A DNA stretch of 35,063 bases, from the NCBI GenBank assembly GCA_051117555.1, contig JBNPEG010000224.1, forward strand, positions 1 through 35,063. Direction: 5' to 3'. The position numbers were made by a program, and so were the translations under genes. Origin of the DNA: Elainellaceae cyanobacterium (lineage in GTDB: Bacteria; Cyanobacteriota; Cyanobacteriia; CAZCXK01). The stretch's first letter is position 1; each line of letters opens with the position of its first letter. The notes under the pieces are model-generated. The model was not told the origin of the DNA and did not search any database. It worked only from the letters and a program-made list of their open reading frames with translations. Shown in pieces: positions 1-8,996 of the stretch.

Positions 1-1117
1 GGTCGGGCTGATAAAGCTGCGGAATAAATGCTCCCTCACGATAGACCCAGGCGATCGCGTCTGGGTCTAGCTGTTGTGACCACGCAATAAAGTCGGGCTG
101 GCTTTTCCGACGGGCGAGGGTGCTGCGGCTGACTTGCAATCTTTCTGCCAATTCTCGGGTTGACAGCGACCCCTCCGGTGCAATGTCTTCTAGCAACGAT
201 AAATAAAATTGCCACGCTAATAAGGCGATCGCAAACGCGACGAGCACCAGCGCTTCGGGACGCTTCAAAAGAGCCGCAAAATCAATGTCTTGCGAGAGTT
301 CGCCCGATTCCCGCTCAAATTGTTCAATCTCACCGGCTGAATCGCGAGTTGATTCAGTTGGTGGACTCACAGTCGGCGAGACGGGTTGAGATTCTTCAAG
401 GCGATCGCCCAACTCGCCGGATTGATCGCCGGATTGATCGCTGTCATTTGCTGGAATTGCATCAAACTGAGCGTTAGCAGCATTTGTCTCCGATGGTGCA
501 GATTCAGACATTTCAGAGTCCCACGGGTCGTCCAACGATGTTGATACGGGAGCAGTCGAGGCTGAGTCAGCCTGAGGTGATAGTGCATCCGCAGAATCCC
601 CGCCGCTGAATGAAGAAGTCTGGTCAGCGGCGGCGTCTTGAGTCGGCACTGGCTGACTAGCGTGTGGAGATGCAATCATCGGCTGAGATGATGGCACAAA
701 TTCAGAATCCGATTCAGGTGAAGCCGGAGTTGCAGCATCATCAAACGAGTCGGGAAGAGAATTTGAAGTCACAGAATTACTAGAAGATTCATGAACAACC
801 TGAGGCAAATCGACCGCCTGAGGCGCATTGATTTGAATTTCGCGCTGCCACGCTGCCGTTTTCTGACCTGCCTGCCGCCCATAAATTTTAACAGTCTGAA
901 TGGGCGCAACCCTAAGCTTTCTTAAGCTGGTTTGCACAAATGAAACCATTGCCTCCAGATTTAAGGCAGGCGTGCCTTCTAGAAGCACATACAGCCGGCC
1001 ATCCCGCCGCACTGCTTGGACATAAATGCCGTGGGGCTTCGCGGACTTGTTCATGATGGCGGCAATAACTTTTGGATTGCCCTGGCGGGCAAGTGCCAAG
1101 ATATCCTCTGGCGTCAT
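1..1117 (-). CDS. Hypothetical membrane protein, 3' end cut by the window edge (>=372 aa): cyanobacterial N-terminal domain, acidic low-complexity linker, one TM helix, C-terminal HTH-like domain
   Basis: Not in the ORF track because it has no stop in the window. I translated the frame by hand from the ATG at 1117 and found no stop down to base 2: MTPEDILALARQGNPKVIAAIMNKSAKPHGIYVQAV...VKIYGRQAGQKTAAW...EALVLVAFAIALLAWQFYLSLL...LSTRELAERLQVSRSTLARRKSQPDFIAWSQQLDPDAIAWVY. An in-frame stop lies just upstream of the ATG. Confidence 0.85.
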   Translation of the reverse strand, partial: MTPEDILALARQGNPKVIAAIMNKSAKPHGIYVQAVRRDGRLYVLLEGTPALNLEAMVSFVQTSLRKLRVAPIQTVKIYGRQAGQKTAAWQREIQINAPQAVDLPQVVHESSSNSVTSNSLPDSFDDAATPASPESDSEFVPSSQPMIASPHASQPVPTQDAAADQTSSFSGGDSADALSPQADSASTAPVSTSLDDPWDSEMSESAPSETNAANAQFDAIPANDSDQSGDQSGELGDRLEESQPVSPTVSPPTESTRDSAGEIEQFERESGELSQDIDFAALLKRPEALVLVAFAIALLAWQFYLSLLEDIAPEGSLSTRELAERLQVSRSTLARRKSQPDFIAWSQQLDPDAIAWVYREGAFIPQLYQPD

Positions 1118-1360
1118 GATCCCAGCCTAAAAGCACCTCAAACCCCATTTTGCCCTCGTTTACGACGGAAGCAATATTGAGAATTGTTGCTGATGGATCT
1201 TCGATTCCATCGTCAACCGATCAGGTTGTCAATAGCTTATCGCGCCAACGTCTCTCTAGACGCAGATTGAGCGCTAATTTTTGAATAAAATTCGGTTTTT
1301 GTCACCTCGAATGCCGGCAGCGACCCGGCAGATCAGTCATTATGTAAAGAAAAGGATCAG

Positions 1361-1405
1361 GTATTGATTACTCAGGTATTGATTACTCAGATATTGATTA
1401 CTCAG
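1361..1405. repeat. Tandem repeat, 3 x 15 bp (G/A)TATTGATTACTCAG, ending 13 nt before the uvrB start
   Basis: Units at 1361-1375, 1376-1390 and 1391-1405, with one mismatch in total. Confidence 0.95.
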
Positions 1406-1418
1406 AGGCGGTAGGGCT

Positions 1419-3422
1419 ATGGCCGAATTTCAAGTCCAAGCACCCTTTGAACCTAAAGGAGACCAGCCAAATGCGATCGCCAACCTAGTCAAATCTATCG
1501 AGGCCGGGAATCGGTATCAAACTCTCCTTGGCGCAACTGGCACGGGTAAAACCCACACTGTCGCCCGCGTGATTGAAAAGGTGGGTAAGCCGACGCTAGT
1601 TCTGGCGCATAACAAAACTTTGGCGGCTCAACTGTGCAACGAGCTGCGAGAATTTTTTCCTGATAATGCGGTCGAATATTTCATCAGCTATTACGACTAT
1701 TATCAGCCAGAAGCCTATGTGCCCGTCACCGATACTTACATCGCTAAGACGGCCTCGATTAATGACGAAATTGACATGCTGCGTCACTCTGCGACGCGAT
1801 CGCTATTTGAGCGCAAAGACGTGATTGTTGTCGCATCGATTAGCTGCATTTACGGCTTAGGAATTCCATCAGAATATCTGAAAGCCTCGATTCCGTTGCG
1901 AGTCGGCATGGTCGTCGATCAGCGGCAAATTTTGCGGGATTTGGCATCTGTTCAATATGAGCGCAATGATATTGACTTGGGGCGAGGCCGCTTTCGGGTT
2001 AAGGGCGATGTGTTAGAAATTGGTCCGGCGTATGAAGATCGAATTATTCGCGTAGAATTCTTCGGAGACGAAATCGACGCGATTCGATACATCGATCCGA
2101 TTACTGGAGCCACCATTCAAAGCATGGACGCGCTCAACGTCTATCCGGCACGCCACTTCGTCACTCCCGATGAGCGGCTAGAAGAAGCTTGCCAAGCCAT
2201 TCAAGACGAATTAAGGGAGCGTTTAGAAGAACTCGAAAGCCAAAACAAGCTGCTAGAGGCACAGAGGCTGGAGCAACGAACTCGCTACGATTTGGAAATG
2301 TTGCGGGAGTTGGGATACTGTAACGGCGTTGAAAACTACGCTCGTCATTTGGCAGGGCGAATGGCAGGGTCTCCGCCTGAATGTTTGATTGATTACTTCC
2401 CGGAGGATTGGCTGCTCGTCATCGATGAGTCTCATGTCTCGATTCCCCAGTTGAGAGGCATGTACAACGGCGACCATTCTCGCAAAGTTACGTTGATTGA
2501 ACACGGATTTCGTCTCCCCAGTGCGGCAGATAACCGTCCGCTGAAATCAGAAGAATTCTGGGAAAAGGTCAACCAGTGCATTTTTGTCTCTGCTACACCC
2601 GGTGATTGGGAAATGGGGATATCTGAGGGGCAAGTGGTTGAGCAAATCATTCGTCCCACTGGCGTTCTTGATCCAGAGATCTTTGTTCGTCCAACCCCAG
2701 GACAAGTCGACGATTTGCTCGGCGAAATTCAAGAACGCGCCCAACGCAACGAGCGGACGCTGGTGACAACGCTGACCAAACGCATGGCAGAAGATCTGAC
2801 CGAATATTTTCAGGAGCATGCGGTGCGGGTGCGTTATCTGCATTCTGAGATTCATTCCATCGAACGAATCGAAATTCTGCAAGACCTCCGAGATGGCAAT
2901 TTTGACGTGCTAATCGGGGTCAACCTGTTGCGGGAAGGGTTAGACTTACCCGAAGTTTCGCTCGTCGCGATTCTTGATGCAGATAAAGAAGGATTTCTTC
3001 GGGCTGAGCGATCGCTCATTCAGACCATTGGACGGGCAGCCCGCCACATTCGCGGGCAGGCAATTCTCTATGCCGACAATCTTACCGATAGCATGGCAAA
3101 AGCCATCTCTGAAACAGAGCGTCGCCGTGCCATTCAGATGGAATACAACGAAACGCACGGCATCACCCCCCAGTCCATCATCAAGAAGCCCAAGAGCAAT
3201 GCCATTCTCGCCTTTTTAGAAGTTTCACGGCGGTTAAATTCTCACGAGTTAGAGCAAATCTATGAGCAGTCAGAGGATATGCCCCTCGAAAATATTCCTG
3301 ATTTGATCGTGCAACTCGAATCTCAAATGAAGAATGCCGCGAAAAATTTGGAGTTTGAAGAGGCTGCCAAATATCGCGATCGCATCAAACACTTGAGAGA
3401 CAAGCTTTTGGGCAAGCACTAG
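1419..3422 (+). CDS. uvrB: Excinuclease ABC subunit B
   Basis: GATGTGKT Walker [11 protein letters not shown] beta-hairpin, [20 protein letters not shown]-terminal UVR motif ([14 protein letters not shown]). Confidence 0.99.
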   Translation: MAEFQVQAPFEPKGDQPNAIANLVKSIEAGNRYQTLLGATGTGKTHTVARVIEKVGKPTLVLAHNKTLAAQLCNELREFFPDNAVEYFISYYDYYQPEAYVPVTDTYIAKTASINDEIDMLRHSATRSLFERKDVIVVASISCIYGLGIPSEYLKASIPLRVGMVVDQRQILRDLASVQYERNDIDLGRGRFRVKGDVLEIGPAYEDRIIRVEFFGDEIDAIRYIDPITGATIQSMDALNVYPARHFVTPDERLEEACQAIQDELRERLEELESQNKLLEAQRLEQRTRYDLEMLRELGYCNGVENYARHLAGRMAGSPPECLIDYFPEDWLLVIDESHVSIPQLRGMYNGDHSRKVTLIEHGFRLPSAADNRPLKSEEFWEKVNQCIFVSATPGDWEMGISEGQVVEQIIRPTGVLDPEIFVRPTPGQVDDLLGEIQERAQRNERTLVTTLTKRMAEDLTEYFQEHAVRVRYLHSEIHSIERIEILQDLRDGNFDVLIGVNLLREGLDLPEVSLVAILDADKEGFLRAERSLIQTIGRAARHIRGQAILYADNLTDSMAKAISETERRRAIQMEYNETHGITPQSIIKKPKSNAILAFLEVSRRLNSHELEQIYEQSEDMPLENIPDLIVQLESQMKNAAKNLEFEEAAKYRDRIKHLRDKLLGKH

Positions 3423-3544
3423 GCAATCGGGCAATTGAACCGGGCAATCGCCAGCCAATCAATCCGAACTATGTTTCCTTTCTTAGTAACGAGTTCATCA
3501 ATTTTGTACGATAGCCCGAACGCCCGTAAGAAGTTAATGAACTG

Positions 3545-3648
3545 TGAAGCAGGGAGTTGGCAAACCCCGAAAAATAGGGAAAACTGGATTGTCCCTCGAA
3601 TAGGGGCAGCGATTAGGAACCCCGGCAGTGATGTCGGGGTTTCTTGAG
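3545..3648 (+). ncRNA. Candidate sRNA, PsrR1-like (boundaries approximate)
   Basis: Intergenic. Hairpin TGTCCCT-CGAAT-AGGGGCA (3590-3608) followed by GATT and a strong 3' hairpin AGGAACCCCGGCA-GTGA-TGTCGGGGTTTCT. This resembles my recollection of the cyanobacterial PsrR1 3' half; not verified by a search. Confidence 0.5.
3615..3645 (+). terminator. GC-rich stem-loop, terminator-like
   Basis: AGGAACCCCGGCA / TGTCGGGGTTTCT stem with G-U pairs, 4-nt loop, short U-rich tail. Confidence 0.65.
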
Positions 3649-3712
3649 TTCAGTCTTTTGGTAAGATCAGAAGCTTGCAGACCCTCACAATCTTGCCCGA
3701 AGGAGAAACCCC

Positions 3713-4708
3713 ATGGCTCGCATGTACTATGACGCTGACGCCAACTTAGATTTATTGACTGGGAAAACGGTTGCCATTATCGGGTATGGCTCGCAAGGTC
3801 ATGCCCATGCACTCAACTTAAAAGATAGTGGCGTAGAGGTCATTGTCGGGCTATATCCAGGTAGTAAATCGATTGCTAAAGCTGAAGCAGAAGGGTTAAC
3901 GGTCAAATCGGTTGGGGATGCAGCGGCAGCGGCAGATTTAATCATGATTCTGCTGCCCGATGAAGTCCAGAAGGCAATCTATACGACTGAAATCGCGCCA
4001 AATTTAAGTGACGGCAATATCTTGGCGTTTGCTCATGGGTTTAACATTCATTTTGCTCAGGTCGTGCCGCCTACCAATGTTGACGTTGTCATGGTGGCAC
4101 CTAAGGGGCCGGGGCATTTAGTGCGGCGCACTTATCAGGAAGGGCAGGGGGTCCCGTGCCTGTTTGCCGTCTTTCAAGATGCAACTGGGCAAGCGCGCGA
4201 TCGCGCTATGGCCTATGCAAAAGGGATTGGGGGCACGCGCGCTGGCATCCTTGAAACCACCTTTCGCGAAGAAACCGAAACCGATTTGTTTGGTGAACAA
4301 GTGGTGCTTTGCGGGGGGCTGAGCGCACTGATCAAAGCCGGATTTGAAACCCTCGTCAATGCGGGGTATCAGCCCGAACTTGCATATTTCGAATGCTTGC
4401 ACGAAGTCAAACTCATCGTTGATTTGATTGTGGAAGGTGGCTTGGCAACCATGCGAGACAGCATCTCCAACACGGCTGAATATGGAGACTACACGCGCGG
4501 TTCTCGCATTGTGAATGACGCAACCCGCGCCGAAATGAAAACAATTTTGACCGAGATTCAAACTGGGCAGTTTGCCCGCGAGTTTGTGCTTGAAAATATG
4601 TCAGGTAAAGCCGGCTTTACGGCGATGCGTCGTCGAGAGGCAGAACACCCCATCGAAGAGGTTGGCAAAGATCTTCGAGCCATGTTTAGCTGGCTGAAAA
4701 AGGTATAG
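3713..4708 (+). CDS. ilvC: Ketol-acid reductoisomerase (class I)
   Basis: [47 protein letters not shown] motifs; AAGGAG RBS upstream. Confidence 0.99.
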   Translation: MARMYYDADANLDLLTGKTVAIIGYGSQGHAHALNLKDSGVEVIVGLYPGSKSIAKAEAEGLTVKSVGDAAAAADLIMILLPDEVQKAIYTTEIAPNLSDGNILAFAHGFNIHFAQVVPPTNVDVVMVAPKGPGHLVRRTYQEGQGVPCLFAVFQDATGQARDRAMAYAKGIGGTRAGILETTFREETETDLFGEQVVLCGGLSALIKAGFETLVNAGYQPELAYFECLHEVKLIVDLIVEGGLATMRDSISNTAEYGDYTRGSRIVNDATRAEMKTILTEIQTGQFAREFVLENMSGKAGFTAMRRREAEHPIEEVGKDLRAMFSWLKKV

Positions 4709-4739
4709 AGAATCAGGTCTTGAGGTTGATAGCCATACT

Positions 4740-4797
4740 GGTGCGTTACGCTGGCGCTTTAGCATAGCCATGCCTGAAAGGCTATGCAGCACCCTAC
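4740..4797. repeat. REP/SDR-like palindromic element with an inner hairpin
   Basis: GGTGCG...GCACCCTAC shell (GTAGGGTGC on the minus strand) enclosing GCATAGCC-N10-GGCTATGC (4762-4787). Confidence 0.5.
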
Positions 4798-4824
4798 TTC
4801 TGACTTCTGCCTTCTGCCTTCTGC
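4797..4824. repeat. Heptamer tandem repeat (STRR-type), 4 x CTTCTG(A/C)
   Basis: CTTCTGA CTTCTGC CTTCTGC CTTCTGC. Confidence 0.9.
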
Positions 4825-4869
4825 CTTCCTCCTTTCCCTATGGTCTTCATGACATTAATGGATTAACCC

Positions 4870-5736
4870 ATGACATCCCCTGCAATTCAGTGGTATCCGG
4901 GGCACATTGCCAAGGCAGAAAAGCAACTGCTAGAACAACTCAAACGAGTTGATGTCGTGCTTGAAGTCCGAGATGCTCGCATTCCTCTGACCACGCGTCA
5001 CCCCCATGTAGAACGCTGGATTAGCGCCAAAGAACGAGTTCTAGTTCTCAATCGGGTCGATATGATTTCTTTTCTTGCTCGTCAGCAGTGGACGGAGTGG
5101 TTTCAAGCGCAGGCAGAGCAGCCCATTTTTACGAATGCTCAGCAGGGGAAAGGGGTTCGGGGTGTTGCTAAGGCAGCCCAGGCAGCCGGTGAGCAGATGA
5201 ACCAGCGCCGGCGCGATCGCGGCATGTTGCCTCGTCCGGTTCGAGCGGTGGTGATTGGTTTTCCCAATGTCGGCAAGTCGGCGCTGATCAATCGGTTGCT
5301 CAATCGTCGAGTCGTTGAAAGTGCGCGTCGTCCTGGCGTAACGCGACAGCTTCGCTGGATTCGAATTTCTGATGAGCTAGAACTCCTAGATGCACCGGGT
5401 GTATTACCCTCTCAGCTTGAGGATCAAACTGCGGCATTGAAGCTTGCAATCTGTGACGACATCGGAGAAGCTGCCTACGATAATCAGCGCGTTGCTGCGG
5501 CATTTGTCGATTTGCTCAAACAACTTCAAACGGAATTCCCTGAGGCCATGCCCGATCGCCCGCTGCAATCTCGTTACACCTTGGATTCAGAGTCATTGAC
5601 GGGTGAAAGTTATTTGGTGGCGATCGCTCAACAAAATTATCAAGAGGACGTGGAACGAGCCGCCCGTCAACTTCTCAACGATTTTCGCAAGGGCAATCTA
5701 GGGGCGATCGCCCTGGAGCTACCGCCCAATTCTTAA
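4870..5736 (+). CDS. rbgA: Ribosome biogenesis GTPase RbgA/YlqF
   Basis: IQWYPGHIAKA N-terminus, EVRDARIP, GFPNVGKS, RPGVTR, LLDAPG; circularly permuted GTPase. Confidence 0.97.
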   Translation: MTSPAIQWYPGHIAKAEKQLLEQLKRVDVVLEVRDARIPLTTRHPHVERWISAKERVLVLNRVDMISFLARQQWTEWFQAQAEQPIFTNAQQGKGVRGVAKAAQAAGEQMNQRRRDRGMLPRPVRAVVIGFPNVGKSALINRLLNRRVVESARRPGVTRQLRWIRISDELELLDAPGVLPSQLEDQTAALKLAICDDIGEAAYDNQRVAAAFVDLLKQLQTEFPEAMPDRPLQSRYTLDSESLTGESYLVAIAQQNYQEDVERAARQLLNDFRKGNLGAIALELPPNS

Positions 5737-5757
5737 ACCACCCAGCCAGCATACCCG

Positions 5758-8415
5758 TCAACCCTCGACATCACTCAGCATCTTATAAACGAGCCAAATC
5801 GCCATCGCTCGCAGATAGTGGCACGCGCGAAACGTACCCGACGCAGTAATTGCCTCTGGCGTCCGGAACTGGAGCCCATTTTCATAAATTTGCCGGACGA
5901 CAGCTTCAGTCATACGCAGAGCTTCATCTTTCATGCCCATTTGAATGAGAAATGCCGCGAGTCCAAAGTTAATGCCTGTCCACACTTCGAGGGGATGCGT
6001 ATCATCCGGGTTCACAGGAGACCCATCTGGACGAACTCCATTCGCTGCGCCGAATGTTCCATGATGAAATTTTAGAAAACACGCATCATAGACGGTTTCA
6101 AGAGCAGAGCGCGCGCATTCAATCGGAACGATATCGGGCAAGCCTAAAAGTCGAGCATAAAACTGACCGCACAGTTGGTCTGCCATGACGACATCCGAGT
6201 TGCTTCCCGTGTCGAGCTGATAATAGTGACCATTCCACAAGGCATCTTGATAGAGCGGACGGGCATGTTGCAGCCAAGTCTCATAGGTGGCGATCGCCCG
6301 TTGCAAATCCGATGCAGATAGAGAATATAGAATGTGAGGCGTGAACGATGAAGTCGAGTCAGGCGGCAAACTGTCAACTCGATTTTGAAGAATCTTGCCA
6401 ATGGCGATCGCAGCTTCTAGGGCAGCTAACCACAGACCTCCACAATAGGCACTGATACCTCGCATTCGCCAATCATCAAAGGTTTGATCAGGGGCTCCTG
6501 AGTTTTCAGGAATGCAATCCCCATCCTTATCAAATGCTTTTAGATACGCTAAAGCATCAACGATGGCAGTCCAGCATTCGGCTAAAAATTCGACATCTTG
6601 GGCTCCGGTGAATAGGAAGTCACGGTAGACCTGAAGCACAAAATCGCTGGCTAAATCTTTCCAAAGATTACAATCTTGATAGCTGGTGTAGTTGGTTTTT
6701 TCCCAGGGATGCTCATTGGGAGCCCCTAAATCATGGGGTGTTGCATCCTTGGCTTTGCGAACTGCAACTGGGCTGTCTGCGCCAATGGTGTAGTAATACC
6801 CGATAACGCGGGGGGTATCATCTGACGTCGGGATGGCTCGGGCAAACGCTCGCAAAACCGCTTTATCCAGTTCGGGGAATAGCATCAGCAGGGCAAAAGA
6901 GCCATAAAGACGCACGTCTAGGCTTTCGTACCAGCGGTAGTCCATGCATTCGAGTACAGCAAATTGCCCATAGGAGTCATGCTCTGTTGCGGCACTCCAG
7001 AGCGTCCCACCACTGGTCAAATCATAAAGTTCGTTAAACAGCGCCATTTTGAACCAGTCTGGTAAATCATCCCGATTTAGAATGGGCTGTTGCCAGTCAT
7101 GAATGTGCTGTTGCCATGTTTTGTAATGCGTGAGTGCGGTTGTGGCGATCGCCCACGCATTTGTGCCACTTCGTCCAAAGAAATCAGTATATCTGCGGTA
7201 GTAGCAGGTTCCTTCTGCAAATTCAGTGACAGGACTATCCCACGCCAGCACAAACGGAATCTGACGAGTTTCGCCGGGCGCTAACGTAAATTTTATGGCG
7301 AGGGCAACGCCAATCGAGTCTCCCCTAGATGGCGTTTCATCATCAACGTTGAGCAGCCGTCCATCTTGGCTAAACGTTTGCCACAGATCGGTTCCGTCTC
7401 CATCTGGATTCCAGCAGCTGTGATACGACACCTCGACTGACTCAGAGCTGCACACCGTGGCGATCGCCCACTGCCCATATCCTTCGGCGGGAATACCCGA
7501 GTCGTTGACCGATTGAGTCGTTGACCGATCTCGATCCATCACACATCCAGCCCAAGACCCATCGTTTAACCAGCGATTGAATTGGTTGTGATTTTCACCT
7601 AAACGAGGCTGATAGTCATACACCGGGCTGCCATCATCTCGAACCCTAACGTCAGGGGATTTAAGCGCATTCGTAAACCATCCCACCATGTTTTGCCAGG
7701 TGAGCATAATGCTAAGAGTGAGCGGCTGATCGGTCGGATTATGAGCAGTCCATTCAAATATTGCAATGGGATAGCTCGACTCTTGGTAGCTGCCCGCCCA
7801 GATTGGGGAAAATTGCTCACACGTTAGGTTTGCTCGGAAAATATTTTGATAGGTAAACCAGCTTCGAGGATATCGTGCGGAATATAGACCTGTATTCCCT
7901 GGGGTTTCCGAGTCGCGTTGGTTAGTGACTCGATGTGAGGATTCTGCATTTACCTCTACACCCGGATTTGATTCACCTGAGTGTGTTCTATCTAAACCTG
8001 CATTGTCGGTAATTTTACCCTCAGTAATTTTACCGTCAGCAACTTTACTAGTAGTAACCTCACTGTTCGCAATTTTGGGATACCAATTCCACGATTGAAG
8101 CGACGAGAGATCGGTGGGAGATGCCCACAGCGCATATGCGTGAGCCTGATTCTGATACTGCTCAAAAACGCTAAACTGGCACGCTGGCATCGATTGAAAT
8201 ATATGTTCGCCACCATCGATATGCCAAAGATTAAAATCTCCGGCTGGCGATCGCCCGATGCAGCCCGCCCCAAAACCTCCTAAGGGCATTCCATGCCAAG
8301 GCCCATCGTCGAGGTTGCTACTATACCGCACCCGGTAAGGGGCGTCCCAACCTTTGCCGATAGGACGCGTCCATGCACATTTCAATAGATCAGATGGAAA
8401 AGATGAATCATTCAC
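5758..8415 (-). CDS. GH116 family beta-glucosidase (GBA2/non-lysosomal glucosylceramidase-like)
   Basis: GMPLGGFGAGCIGR, LFNELY, VLECMDYRWYESLDVRLYGS (nucleophile region), PHDLGAP, PDQTFDDW (acid/base region), EVWTG, FRTPEA, YLRAMAIW; GTG start. Confidence 0.95.
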   Translation of the reverse strand: MNDSSFPSDLLKCAWTRPIGKGWDAPYRVRYSSNLDDGPWHGMPLGGFGAGCIGRSPAGDFNLWHIDGGEHIFQSMPACQFSVFEQYQNQAHAYALWASPTDLSSLQSWNWYPKIANSEVTTSKVADGKITEGKITDNAGLDRTHSGESNPGVEVNAESSHRVTNQRDSETPGNTGLYSARYPRSWFTYQNIFRANLTCEQFSPIWAGSYQESSYPIAIFEWTAHNPTDQPLTLSIMLTWQNMVGWFTNALKSPDVRVRDDGSPVYDYQPRLGENHNQFNRWLNDGSWAGCVMDRDRSTTQSVNDSGIPAEGYGQWAIATVCSSESVEVSYHSCWNPDGDGTDLWQTFSQDGRLLNVDDETPSRGDSIGVALAIKFTLAPGETRQIPFVLAWDSPVTEFAEGTCYYRRYTDFFGRSGTNAWAIATTALTHYKTWQQHIHDWQQPILNRDDLPDWFKMALFNELYDLTSGGTLWSAATEHDSYGQFAVLECMDYRWYESLDVRLYGSFALLMLFPELDKAVLRAFARAIPTSDDTPRVIGYYYTIGADSPVAVRKAKDATPHDLGAPNEHPWEKTNYTSYQDCNLWKDLASDFVLQVYRDFLFTGAQDVEFLAECWTAIVDALAYLKAFDKDGDCIPENSGAPDQTFDDWRMRGISAYCGGLWLAALEAAIAIGKILQNRVDSLPPDSTSSFTPHILYSLSASDLQRAIATYETWLQHARPLYQDALWNGHYYQLDTGSNSDVVMADQLCGQFYARLLGLPDIVPIECARSALETVYDACFLKFHHGTFGAANGVRPDGSPVNPDDTHPLEVWTGINFGLAAFLIQMGMKDEALRMTEAVVRQIYENGLQFRTPEAITASGTFRACHYLRAMAIWLVYKMLSDVEG

Positions 8416-8485
8416 CCCCTGATTTTACAGCGTCGTGGAAGTGGTAATTCTACGGAACTAGAACTAGGAGTTAAATTACAGCGAA

Positions 8486-8543
8486 TACTGGATGAGTACT
8501 GGATAAGTACTGGATGAGTACTTATTGATACCGATTGATACCG
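8486..8543. repeat. Two adjacent tandem duplications: 3 x 11 bp TACTGGAT(G/A)AG and 2 x 10 bp ATTGATACCG
   Basis: 8486-8518 and 8524-8543, upstream of the GH116 start. Confidence 0.9.
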
Positions 8544-8765
8544 CTCTACGTCGGCAAATCCTTCAAAAGTTAGATAATTTGCCCTTGAAGTTTTGGTAAA
8601 GTCCACACCATTCAGCAAACGAATTTTGCTCAATTCAAACATAGAGGCTTTTCAAATTTTGAAAACCATTCTATAAATTTCTTTTAGAGAAATTTGAGTC
8701 AATTTATTCTAAGAGACGTATAAAGGATATATCGGCCAATTCGAGTGCCTCCTCCGTATAATCCT

Positions 8766-8799
8766 CAATCTAGCAATTGATCGCGCAATTGCTAGATTG
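8766..8799. repeat. Perfect 14-bp inverted repeat in the divergent GH116/RTX intergenic region
   Basis: CAATCTAGCAATTG-ATCGCG-CAATTGCTAGATTG. Confidence 0.9.
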
Positions 8800-8811
8800 C
8801 CAGGCTTCAGG

Positions 8812-8854
8812 GGTGATATAAATCACTCGCCGTCTCGCATCAGGTGTGTAATCT
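8812..8854 (+). promoter_or_regulatory. CRP-family (SYCRP1-like) site plus -10 element in class II spacing
   Basis: GGTGAT-ATAA-ATCACT (8812-8827; consensus TGTGA-N6-TCACA), 21-nt gap, TAATCT at 8849-8854. Confidence 0.55.
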
Positions 8855-8996
8855 AACGGCATAACGTCAGTGATTTCCGATAAATAACGGTAAAGAATCT
8901 TAATTGTTAAGGTTCTATGTCCTTTGTTTAGGCGTATCTACTGTAATGCTATCCTCGTATAATCCCTGAGAAAATTGATCACTACTGGTATCTACT

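Noticed and set aside
160..1148. Track ORFs 160..477, 367..675 and 912..1148
   Set aside because: They are alternative or antisense frames of the 1117->1 minus-strand gene
1361..1405. CRISPR mini-array
   Set aside because: The 15-bp units abut with no spacers, and there are no cas genes in the window
3558..3600. c-di-GMP-I riboswitch suggested by GGCAAACC..GAAA
   Set aside because: The downstream GACGCAAAG and second-stem consensus are absent
3435..3647. 70-aa ORF or ilvC leader peptide
   Set aside because: TTG start, no RBS, no Ile/Leu/Val codon run; better explained as structured RNA
4118..4561. 147-aa antisense ORF in ilvC, and similar ones in uvrB, the RTX gene, ftsZ, pgk and the amidase
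   Set aside because: Shadow frames of conserved genes with no recognisable motifs
8495..8522. LexA boxes within the AGTAC-containing repeat
   Set aside because: Half-site spacing does not fit RGTAC-N4-GTWC
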